The notes beneath the pieces were generated by a model. That model searched no databases, was not told the origin of the DNA, and was given only the letters and a program-made list of their open reading frames with translations. DNA of 64,000 nucleotides. Origin: an uncultured delta proteobacterium. GTDB taxonomy: Bacteria > Desulfobacterota > Desulfomonilia > UBA1062. The DNA is taken from contig CAVVYZ010000002.1 of assembly GCA_963752595.1 (NCBI GenBank), positions 128,001 through 192,000 on the forward strand, read 5' to 3'. Shown in pieces: positions 9,254 through 18,819 of the stretch (position 1 is the first letter of the stretch; each line of letters opens with the position of its first letter). A program made the position numbers and the translations under genes.

Positions 9254-10190
9254 TCATGCACCTTTGTCCTTCCCGCCAACGAAGGAACCGTTTTGTTCGC
9301 GTTCGTGACGAATCTCTTCAAGAATTTCCTTCGCCTTGTACGAACTTCTCACCAAAGGTCCTGAGATAACATAGCGGATACCTATGTTTTTCGCAAGATC
9401 TGAGAATCTCTGGAAATCCGATGGATGCCAATAACGCATAACCTGAACGTTCGATATCGTCGGCTGAAGGTACTGACCGATGGTGATGACGTCGCATCCT
9501 GAACGCTTCAGATCGCTCAGGAGCGAAGCGATCTCTTCTTCCTCCTCTCCCAAGCCGACCATAAATCCTGATTTTATTATGAGATCACGTGAATATTCGC
9601 GGGCAATACGGAGAACTTCCAGGTTTGTTTTCAGGCTTGCCTGGGGCCTGATGGCTCCATAGAGCCTGCCCACCGTCTCCACGTTATGGTTGAATACATC
9701 GGGCTTCTCGCTCAGCACCATTTCAACAAGGTCACGCCTTCCTGAAAAATCCGGGACCAGGACTTCAATTGTGGAGCCCGGCAGTTCCTTCCTGATTTCC
9801 CGGATCGCACGGGCAAAGGCTCCTGCTCCTTTATCCCGGAGGTCGTCCCTGCTCACCGAGGTGATGACAACGTGCTTGAGCCCCAAGGAAAGAGCTGTCC
9901 GGGCAACGGTTATGCCTTCATCCTCATCAGGCGGGGCAGGTATACCCTTTGAAACCGAGCAGAATCTGCACGACCTGGTGCAGACATTTCCCAGGATCAG
10001 GAAGGTAGCAGATGGCTTGGAAAAACACTCCGTAATATTCGGGCAGCGGGCCTCCTCGCAGACAGACGCGAGACGGCCGTTACGAAGCACTGATTTCACG
10101 GCATGCAGATCTTTAAGGGTGAGACTCTTCTTGGCCCACGAAGGAATCCTTCCCGTCTGTACTTCTTCCTTTAAAGCAATCTTCGCTCAA
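9254..10190 (-). CDS. lipA: Lipoyl synthase (start inferred at TTG 10190 across a probable 1-nt insertion; in-frame GTG at 10099)
   Basis: CEEARCPNITEC and CTRSCRFC cluster motifs, VVITSVSRDDL, FNHNVETV, TIGQYLQP, GPLVRSSY; N-terminal RIPSW motif lies upstream of 10099. Confidence 0.9.
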
Positions 10191-11140
10191 GCCAGATTCC
10201 TTGCTATTTTATCCCTTGTCTTAAGGATATGCTCCGAGATAACGCCTACGTCTCCAAGAACAGGCATAAAATTGGTGTCACCGTTCCATCGGGGGACCAC
10301 ATGCATATGGAAGTGATCGGCAATTCCCGCCCCGGCCACGGTCCCGATATTACACCCGATGTTGAAACCGTCGGGCTTCATCGTCACGCGGATTGCAGAC
10401 ATGAGTTTTGTCACCAGACTCATCGTCTGCCGCAGTTCTTCATCGCTCATCTCGGCAAGATCTCCTACATGCCGGTAGGGCACTACCATGCAGTGACCGG
10501 TCGTATAAGGGAAACGGTTCATGATGGCATAACAGTCCCGTTCGTTCACAATGATAAGGGGATCATCGTTTTTGTGTGCCTCGCAGAGTATGCAGGAGGA
10601 CGTTTTCGGGCTTGCAATATATTCCATCCTCCAGGGAGCCCAGATGTCTTTCATAAGCGGGATAATTTCTCCTTGTATCAGATGCCTATTAATTTTTATT
10701 ATACCCACGGAACATGGCGTTGTAAACCGGGAGTCTGTGGGGGAGCCGGGGTTGAAGAAGAATATGCCCGCCTCCATACCGGAAAAGGCCTGGTGAGTAT
10801 GCCCGTAGATAATGGCATCAATGGTGCCGAAGGAATTCCTTATGCGTGAGCGGATGCCGTTCGGAGCCCCCCAGCCGTGGATGATCCCGATGTGAACGTC
10901 CTCAACCCTGATCGTGCGGCTCAAAGGATAGGTCCTCTGAACATCTGCATGGTCCATGTTTCCGCACACGGCGATGACCTCTTTGTCCATGAGGAGCAAG
11001 GGATCGAGCACGCTTTCATGGGTCATGTCACCTGCATGGATGATCATATCGACGTCGCTGAAGTACTGTGCGGCCATGGTTTCGAAATATTTGTCCGGCC
11101 CCGGCAGGTGTGTATCAGAGAGGACGCCGATTTTTGTCAT
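10187..11140 (-). CDS. YfcE-like metallophosphoesterase joined in frame to a HIT-family hydrolase (real fusion or two genes merged by an indel)
   Basis: N-part: LSDTH, HAGD, GNMD, IHG, YGHTH, NPGS. C-part from ATG 10654: IWAPWRMEYI, CILC, HFHMHVVPRWNGDTNFM. Confidence 0.8.
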   Translation of the reverse strand: MTKIGVLSDTHLPGPDKYFETMAAQYFSDVDMIIHAGDMTHESVLDPLLLMDKEVIAVCGNMDHADVQRTYPLSRTIRVEDVHIGIIHGWGAPNGIRSRIRNSFGTIDAIIYGHTHQAFSGMEAGIFFFNPGSPTDSRFTTPCSVGIIKINRHLIQGEIIPLMKDIWAPWRMEYIASPKTSSCILCEAHKNDDPLIIVNERDCYAIMNRFPYTTGHCMVVPYRHVGDLAEMSDEELRQTMSLVTKLMSAIRVTMKPDGFNIGCNIGTVAGAGIADHFHMHVVPRWNGDTNFMPVLGDVGVISEHILKTRDKIARNLA

Positions 11141-11206
11141 TTCGTAATTTTAAGATCTCTCAAGGGAGAAAGGATACCTTTTACAGTCATCTTAAAGACC
11201 CTTCTC

Positions 11207-12464
11207 CTAGAGATACTCGTCCGAACTATCGTACACATGCTTCACATCGTAGACGACGCAGCCGTTCGCCTTATACTTTGATATATCGATCTTCTTGAAT
11301 TCATCGTGACTAACCGCAACCATGATGCCTTCATAAAGCGGCTTTAAATCGGCCTCGGAAGTGATGATGTCGATCCCGTACTCATGCCGTACTTCATGGG
11401 GATCGGCAAATGGGTCAAAGACGTCGATGTTGCAGGCAAAATCCTTGAGCTGACGGATGATGTCGATGACCTTTGAATTCCTGATGTCAGGGCAGTTCTC
11501 CTTAAAGGTGATCCCCATTACCAGGACGTTTGCATCCGTGATCCGGTGAGCCTTTTTCACCATCATCTTCACGAGCTGGGTCGCAACGTATCTTCCCATG
11601 CCGTCGTTGAGTCTCCTGCCCGAAAGGATGATCTGGGGAATGTAACCCAGGCTTTCTGCCTTATGAGTGAGGTAGTATGGGTCGACCCCGATGCAGTGGC
11701 CGCCGACGAGACCAGGCTGGAAGTTCAGGAAATTCCATTTCGTCGACTGCCGCTTCAAGCACATCCTTGGTGCAGATGTTCATGCGGGCAAAAATCATCG
11801 AGAGCTCGTTGATGAAGGCAATGTTAATATCCCTTTGCGCGTTCTCGATAACCTTTGCCGCCTCTGCGACCTTTATCGAAGGTGCGAGATGGGTTCCGGC
11901 GTTTACAATGGATTTGTAAAGCGCATCCACGACGGCTGCAATCTCCGGGGTGGAACCCGAGGTCACCTTTTTAATGGTAGGCAGCCGGTGATATTTATCT
12001 CCTGGATTGATCCGCTCCGGACTGTAGCCGCAGAAGAAATCGACATTGTACGTGAGCCCTGAGACCTTCTCCATGACCGGCACGCAATCTTCCTCTGTTG
12101 CCCCCGGATATACCGTGGACTCGTAGATGACGATATCGCCCATCGAGAGATTTTTTCCGACTGTCTCGCTCGCCTTGAGCAGGAGGGTAATGTCCGGTCT
12201 GTTATAGGCATCGATGGGTGTCGGGACCGTAACAATATATGTATTGCATGATTTCAGCAGCCCTTCATCGCTCGTATACGTCAGGTGTGCGGCAGATACC
12301 AGCTCTTTCGGCTCCATTTCCCGGGTCTTGTCAAAGGAATCCTTGAGTTCGCCGATCCTCTTAACATTAATATCAAACCCTATGACGGGGTATTTTTTTC
12401 CGAATTCAACAGCAAGGGGGAGCCCGACATAGCCTAACCCGATGATTGCAATCCTATGCTCCAT
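11207..12464 (-). CDS. UDP-N-acetylhexosamine 6-dehydrogenase (TviB/WbpO-like nucleotide-sugar dehydrogenase), frameshift near 11745
   Basis: [41 protein letters not shown] in one frame; [25 protein letters not shown] and [14 protein letters not shown] in the next. Confidence 0.85.
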
Positions 12465-12651
12465 TCTTATCCTCCCAATGTACAATTGTCTTGCAAGATA
12501 GCACTCTTCTCGGCCTGAAAAAAGAATATCCTTAAGTAACATGCTTTACAAGGGTAGTTCCTGCTCTCTGCTTGACACATCATTACAAAAAACATAGACA
12601 AGGAAGGGCCGCTCGCCTTCAGCTGCGGTTCGATGCGGAGAATCTTAAAAG

Positions 12652-13443
12652 ATGCAGAACACAAGAATAGGAATTTTTGATTCGGGCATTGGGGGCATCA
12701 CGGTACTCAAGGAGATACTCGATCTGTTGCCCCAGGTGGATGTTGCATATCTTGGTGACAGCGCCCGGCTTCCCTACGGCACGAAATCTTCGAAGACCAT
12801 CGTCCGCTACAGCATTCAATGTGCCGACTTCCTCGTTTCCAAAGGGATCGACATGCTGGTTGTGGCATGCAATACCGCCAGCTCTCATGCTATCCCTGCT
12901 TTGAAAGAGGCACTGGATATTCCTGTTGTCGGTGTGGTGGAGTCAGGCTCCCGGGCGGCGATCGAAGCCGGAGGAGAGCGGATCGGTGTAATAGGCACCC
13001 CGGCCACGATAAAAAGCGGTTCGTATGACAGGGCACTGCACGCCATAAAGCCGGGCGTGGAGGTCTTTTCGAAAGCCTGTCCCCTCTTCGTCCCACTGGT
13101 GGAAGAGGGATGGTGCGATGATGCCATTACCGAGCAGGTTGCCCGCAGATACCTGGATGAGTTTCTGAAGAGAGGCATAGACACACTCGTGCTCGGATGC
13201 ACCCATTACCCCTTGCTGAAAGGCGTTATCGCCCGCGTCATGGGGGAGAGCATCCGCATCATCGATTCTGCGGGATCCACCGCTAAAATGGTAGCGGATA
13301 TGCTCGGAGAGGTTCAAAGCGGGGAAATTGATCCATCGGTCGCCTATTATCTCTCCGATCTTTCGCCCGTGTTCATTAAGCTGGGAGAAGTTTTTCTGGG
13401 AAAGAAAATGGAGTATGTATACGAGGTTGATCTTTGTGTATAA
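12652..13443 (+). CDS. murI: Glutamate racemase
   Basis: IGIFDSGIGG, PYGTKS, VVACNTAS, LVLGCTHYP. Confidence 0.96.
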   Translation: MQNTRIGIFDSGIGGITVLKEILDLLPQVDVAYLGDSARLPYGTKSSKTIVRYSIQCADFLVSKGIDMLVVACNTASSHAIPALKEALDIPVVGVVESGSRAAIEAGGERIGVIGTPATIKSGSYDRALHAIKPGVEVFSKACPLFVPLVEEGWCDDAITEQVARRYLDEFLKRGIDTLVLGCTHYPLLKGVIARVMGESIRIIDSAGSTAKMVADMLGEVQSGEIDPSVAYYLSDLSPVFIKLGEVFLGKKMEYVYEVDLCV

Positions 13444-13478
13444 TAATTCGTAGTATACGATGAAATCAGGATGCGCAT

Positions 13479-15504
13479 ATGAGCAGTAAGAGGCTTGCAA
13501 AAATACGGAATATGGGGTTTGTCGCCCATATCGATGCGGGGAAGACCACGGTGACCGAGCGCGTCCTCTACTATACGGGCAAGATCCACCGGATGGGCGA
13601 GGTGCATGATGGCCAGGCAACCATGGACTGGATGCCCCAGGAGCAGGAGCGCGGAATCACCATAACCTCGGCTGTTTCTACCTGCAGCTGGAACAATCAC
13701 GAGATCCATATTATAGATACCCCCGGCCATGTTGATTTTACCATTGAGGTGGAGCGGTCATTGAGAGTCCTGGATGGGGCTGTGATGATCCTGTGCGCGG
13801 TGGGCGGGGTACAGGCTCAGACCGAAACGGTATGGCAGCAGTGTCAGCGGTACCATATCCCCACGGTTGCTTTTATCAACAAGTTGGATCGTATGGGGGC
13901 TGATTTCGATTCCGTCATCAGGCAGATGAATGAACGGCTGGAGGTCAAGCCCCTGCCGGTCCAGCTTCCCTATTATGAAGGCGATACGTATAAAGGGGTA
14001 ATCGATCTTATCGGACGGCGCATCCTCGTTTGGGATGAGGACACCCTTGGTGCGACCTTCAATGTAATGACGGTGCCTGAGGATATGGAACCGGCTATGG
14101 ATACGGCAAGGGATTTCATGCTGGAAACACTGGCCGATTTTGATGATGAGCTCATGGAAACCTATCTCGCCGGCCGGGACCCCGATGAGAAAAAGATAAA
14201 GGAAGTCTTGAGGAAGATAACCCTGGATACCAGGGTCATTCCTGTCCTCTGCGGTTCTGCTCTGAAGAACAAGGGGATACAGCCGCTCATCGATGCCATT
14301 ATCGATTTCCTTCCGTCTCCCCATGAGGTCAAACCGATCATTGCCCATGACAAGAAAACCGGCGAAGAAGTGCCCGTTGAGATCACCGCTGACGGTCCTC
14401 TTGTCGGGTATGTATTCAAGGTCTATATGGATGAGGGCAGGAGGATGGTCTACTTGAGGCTCTACTCCGGCGTCCTTAATGTGGGAGACGAGGTGTACAA
14501 TACCACCAGGGACGGAAAAGAGAAGATAGCCAGGCTTTTCGAGATGCATTCCCACAACAAGCAGCGGATAGACAAGGCCATTGCGGGTGATATCGTAGCT
14601 GCCGTGGGGTTGAAGGACTCGATCACCGGTGATACCCTCGTCTCTTCATCCGAGGAAAGGGCTCTCGTGCTTGAACCCATCATGGTCCTCAAACCCGTCA
14701 TTTCGGTAGCCATCGAGCCGAAGAGCTCCGAGTCTTCTTCCAAGCTTGAACAGGGCATGCACAAAATCATGGAGGAAGATCCTACCATCAAGGTGAGCGA
14801 AGACCCTGACACCGGCCAGGTCATTCTTGCCGGGATGGGTGAGCTTCACCTGGAAATAGCGGTGGACAGGTTCAAGACCGCTTTCGGGGTGGATATCAAT
14901 GTGGGAAAGCCGCAGGTTCTGTACTGTTCGACGGTTGAACAGAGCGCGCCAGGCCGAAAAGATTTTCGATAAGAAGATCGGCGAGGTTGAACATTCGGGC
15001 CATGTCATGCTTTCCGTCAAGCCGAACAAGAGGGGAGGGGGGAACACCTTTACCCTGGACGGGAAGGTGCCGCCCGATATGGAAACATATGTCAGGGCCG
15101 GGCTCGAGGAGGCTTGCCTCTCAGACCCCGTATACGGATATGAAATCCTTGATATCGACGTGGTCGTCGATAAAGTGACCATTGATGATAAAACGACCCA
15201 CCAGGGATTGAAGATAGCTGCCCAGATGGCCTTGCAGGATGCCATGGTCAAGGCAGGTCTGGTGCAGCTGGAGCCCGTTATGGATCTTGATGCCTTGTCT
15301 CCGGAGGAGTATATTGGCGACGTGGTCGGAGATTTAAGTTCCCGGAAGGCGAGTATTGAAGGCGTTGTCATCAAAGGCAAATATCATCAGGTTCATGCAT
15401 ATGTCCCGCTGTCGAAGACCTTTGGTTACTCTACCGTACTGAGATCGCTTACCCGCGGAAGGGGAAGCTTCAGCATGAGGTTCCATGGATTTGACAAGGT
15501 ATAA
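13479..15504 (+). CDS. fusA: Elongation factor G paralogue (outside str operon), frameshift near 14950
   Basis: AHIDAGKTT, EQERGITI, IDTPGHVDF, NKLD, GMGELHLEI; domains IV-V (LEPVM, GYSTVLRSLTRGRG) continue in ORF 14899..15504. Confidence 0.88.
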
Positions 15505-15658
15505 CGTTCTGTGGAAGAATGAGTTATATATTTGCAATGTGGTCGGAGGAGGTCGGTATACACACCATGGTGAGACGGAAGCCCGGCAGGAAATATCAAG
15601 GCCTTGGGGGCTTAAACTAGGCCATCGGCTATGATGGCAGGGGAATGAGAACACCGGA

Positions 15659-16519
15659 ATGAACATTACGAGGCGGTTTACGTGGCTCATACAGCTCACG
15701 GTGCTCACCCTCTTTGCCTGGGTGATTGCAGGCATCGTCACCACTGTTGCAGGGTATTATCTCTATGATGTGCCCGCCCCCAGGGAAAAGGTCTTACTAC
15801 AGGAATCCCAGAAGAAAGAAAAAAAGCGGTCAAGGGAAGAATACAATATCATTCCAGCCCGCGATCTCCTGAAAATCACAAAGTCCGGACCGGTCTCAGG
15901 ACAGGAAGGGATCGATAAGGATGCCGTTCGTCCCATCGCGGAGCTCGGGCTGATATTGAAAGGCACCATTGCCGGGCCCAAGGAGATAGCCAGGGCTATC
16001 ATCGAAAGCAAGAACGAGCAGAAAATTTACAAGATCAACGATGAAATCATGGGAGCTACGCTGCTCGCCATCTTCCGCAACAAGGTGATCATGAATGTGA
16101 ATGGGCAGGAGCAGATGCTCGTCATGGAGGAATCTCCATCAGGGGGCAAGGCCCCCGGGGTTTCCGGCCCGGTAAGTCCCTCCGGGATGCCCCGCGGTCT
16201 CGGCCCTATGGGCGCCTCTTCCGGCATGACTTCCGTGATGAAGAACCTGGATCAATATATCGGTAAAGCAAGGGTCATCCCGTACTTCAAAGGTGGTGAG
16301 CCCTATGGTTTCAGGGTAAGCAACCTCGGGAGCGACGCAATGGTCTACGAGCTTGGTGTACGTGCGGGCGATGTCATCAGGTCTGTAAACGGCACGCCTA
16401 TCCGGACGCCCGAAGACGCTTTCAAGGTGTATCAGCAGTACCAGAACGAATCCAGTGTTCAGATAGAGCTGGAGAGGAACGGACAGCCTGTTTCGGTTAA
16501 TGTTCCCCTAAAAAAGTAA
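15659..16519 (+). CDS. gspC: Type II secretion protein GspC (TM, HR domain, PDZ)
   Basis: N-terminal TM, LILKGTI..ARAIIE HR domain, GFRV..LGVRAGDVIRSVNG PDZ; upstream of gspD/gspE. Confidence 0.8.
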   Translation: MNITRRFTWLIQLTVLTLFAWVIAGIVTTVAGYYLYDVPAPREKVLLQESQKKEKKRSREEYNIIPARDLLKITKSGPVSGQEGIDKDAVRPIAELGLILKGTIAGPKEIARAIIESKNEQKIYKINDEIMGATLLAIFRNKVIMNVNGQEQMLVMEESPSGGKAPGVSGPVSPSGMPRGLGPMGASSGMTSVMKNLDQYIGKARVIPYFKGGEPYGFRVSNLGSDAMVYELGVRAGDVIRSVNGTPIRTPEDAFKVYQQYQNESSVQIELERNGQPVSVNVPLKK

Positions 16520-16569
16520 AAGGACAATAGGTCTGATGCAACGAATAGGATGGATCATGGATGGCAATA

Positions 16570-18081
16570 ATGTTTGAGGTATTTTTCGGGCTCTCGGAAA
16601 ATCCCTTCAATCTCACGCCCGATCCGAAGTTTCTCTATCTTTCGGAGGTGCACCAGGAAGCATTGTCGCATCTCCAGTATGGGATAGAGCAGAGGAAAGG
16701 GTTCGTCCTGATCACCGGTGAAGTGGGAACGGGCAAGACGACCATATGCCGCTCCCTACTCTCTATGCTCTCCAACAAGACGCGCACGGCTTTGGTCCTG
16801 AATCCCTCTCTGTCCGACATCGAGTTGCTGCAGACGATCAATCAGGATTTCGGCATAGACTACTGCTCGAACTCAAAAAAGGATCTCCTGAACAAGCTGT
16901 ATGATTTTCTCATCGATGTCTTCGTCAAAGGTGAAAACGCGGTACTTATTATCGACGAATGCCAGAACCTCACGCCTGAGGTGCTGGAGCAGATCCGCCT
17001 GCTTTCCAACCTGGAGACCGAAAAGGAAAAGCTCCTCCAGATCATCCTGATCGGACAGCCGGAGTTGGCCAAAATGCTTCAATCGCCGGGATTGAGGCAG
17101 ATAAACGACCGAATCGTCCTGCGATATCACATATGGCCGTTGAGTCTTCCTGATACGAAGAATTATCTCCGCCACCGGATGGCAGTGGCAGGGGCGTATC
17201 GGACAGATGTCTTCACGCCGGGTGCGGTCCGGGCCATATACCGATACTCCCAAGGGCTTCCCCGCAAGATGAACGCAGCGGCCGAACGGTCTTTGCTCAT
17301 CGCATACCTTAAAGGGAAACAAAAAATAACCAAAAATATTGTTTCCGCAGCCATCGAGGAACTCAAGGGAAATTACGGCGAGAATCTCCGCCGGAACAGA
17401 TGGTTCATTCCGGTATTCGCCGGCGTCACAGCAGCTTCGGTTATCGTTCTTGTGTTATGGCCGGGAATCTTCTCGAAATTTACCGAATATACGGCCGCCC
17501 CTGTGGTTGCTATCGAGAAGGAAGTGCCGAAAACCCCTGATCTGAAGGTGGCAACCATCAAACCGTCCCGGATTGATTTTACGATTCTTAACTATGAAGA
17601 CGCACTGGAGATGCTCAGCATGATTCCGGACGGAATTCCCGGTCCGGAGGTTCTGAATCTCCACCCTAACCCCGGCAGTTTGAAGTATCTCAACAGGCCT
17701 GCTATTGCCTCTGTTGAAAAAGGATACGTGATTCTGGTATATGCTACGGATGATTTTGTCCGGATTGTCGGCAAGGACAAGGCGATTGTCGAAATCCCGA
17801 TGCAGGAATTCAAGTCGATTTACAAATGGAATATCGTTGTTGCATATGCAAGGGGGCTGGAAAGCGAAACCTTAATCAGGGGCGACTCCGGGCCGGAAGT
17901 CGAGCGGATACAGGCTATCCTGTCGCAGGCGGGATATCAGGCGGGACGTTCCGGATTCTTTGATGTGAAAACTTCCTCAGCCATTGAACAGATGCAGGAG
18001 GATTTCGGCCTGAAGAGGGACGGAGTGGCAGGGCAGGACACTATGGTGCTCCTGGCTATGCTGGATAAGGAGCCCAAGTGA
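16570..18081 (+). CDS. ExeA/GspA-like AAA ATPase with TM and C-terminal peptidoglycan-binding domain
   Basis: FGLSENPFNLTPDPKFLY, GEVGTGKT, LIIDECQNL, LIGQPEL; C-terminal GDSGPEV..IQ..L..AG...GL..DGVAG. Confidence 0.85.
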   Translation: MFEVFFGLSENPFNLTPDPKFLYLSEVHQEALSHLQYGIEQRKGFVLITGEVGTGKTTICRSLLSMLSNKTRTALVLNPSLSDIELLQTINQDFGIDYCSNSKKDLLNKLYDFLIDVFVKGENAVLIIDECQNLTPEVLEQIRLLSNLETEKEKLLQIILIGQPELAKMLQSPGLRQINDRIVLRYHIWPLSLPDTKNYLRHRMAVAGAYRTDVFTPGAVRAIYRYSQGLPRKMNAAAERSLLIAYLKGKQKITKNIVSAAIEELKGNYGENLRRNRWFIPVFAGVTAASVIVLVLWPGIFSKFTEYTAAPVVAIEKEVPKTPDLKVATIKPSRIDFTILNYEDALEMLSMIPDGIPGPEVLNLHPNPGSLKYLNRPAIASVEKGYVILVYATDDFVRIVGKDKAIVEIPMQEFKSIYKWNIVVAYARGLESETLIRGDSGPEVERIQAILSQAGYQAGRSGFFDVKTSSAIEQMQEDFGLKRDGVAGQDTMVLLAMLDKEPK

Positions 18082-18803
18082 GTTCGATATATGATGCTCT
18101 TCAGAGGATTCAGGAGGAGAAAGGTGCATGGTCTTCACCTGTGATCCGGGAGAGGCCCCATGCTAAGAGAAAAACGGTCTGGTTGATAATATCTGCCATA
18201 ATCATCAGTTCATTGTGTACCACCGGCGTCTTCTACGGCATCAAGGCATTCGGGGAAAGGAAAACCGGTGTCCGGACGGCTTCGCTGCTCGGGGTCTCCT
18301 CCGGGATCAAGGAAGCCGGGCTCACGGAGCAGAGTACCCCGACAGCCCAGGGAAGCCGGCCTTCAGTAGTACCGGTCCAGACACTCTCCATGCCCGCTGC
18401 GCCCGCATCAGAGACTGTTGACGGCTATCTGAAGCTGGGAGAGCAGTACTTCACCGTAAAAGACTATGATAAGGCTTTGCTGACCTATACGAAGGCTCTG
18501 CACTACTTTCGAAAGGATGCACGGCTCCTGAACAATATTGGGAGCGTGTTCCTTGCCAGAGGCCAGGCAGACAAGGCCATTCATTATTTTAAAGAATCAA
18601 GCAGTATCTCCAATGCCAGTGTGGAGCCCGTGTATAATCTGGCATGCGCGTATGCTGTAATGGGTAACAAAGCCAAAGCTATCTCGTATCTGAAGCAGGC
18701 ATGCATCAAGACTCATGAGGCGAAAACATGGGCAGCTTCAGACCCCGATCTGGCGGACTTGAGGGGCACCAGAGAGTTCGATCGAATTATCGGCGCGCAC
18801 TGA
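18078..18803 (+). CDS. ExeB/GspB-like membrane-anchored TPR protein
   Basis: MSSIYDALQR N-terminus typical of ExeA partners, one TM, TPR repeats (LLNNIGSVF, VYNLACAY); GTGA overlap with exeA-like gene. Confidence 0.65.
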   Translation: MSSIYDALQRIQEEKGAWSSPVIRERPHAKRKTVWLIISAIIISSLCTTGVFYGIKAFGERKTGVRTASLLGVSSGIKEAGLTEQSTPTAQGSRPSVVPVQTLSMPAAPASETVDGYLKLGEQYFTVKDYDKALLTYTKALHYFRKDARLLNNIGSVFLARGQADKAIHYFKESSSISNASVEPVYNLACAYAVMGNKAKAISYLKQACIKTHEAKTWAASDPDLADLRGTREFDRIIGAH

Positions 18804-18819
18804 GGGAGAAGGGGGAAGA

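Noticed and set aside
10187-10189. Selenocysteine or read-through at the TGA joining HIT and lipA frames
   Set aside because: The TGA falls at the natural HIT C-terminus, not at a Cys-equivalent position; no convincing SECIS; an overlapping TTG with SD explains it better
15540-15650. Possible c-di-GMP-I riboswitch upstream of gspC (GGGGCTTAA...CTATGATGGC)
   Set aside because: No GGCAAA/GNRA-capped first stem; local pairing is explained by simple hairpins. An Rfam scan would settle it
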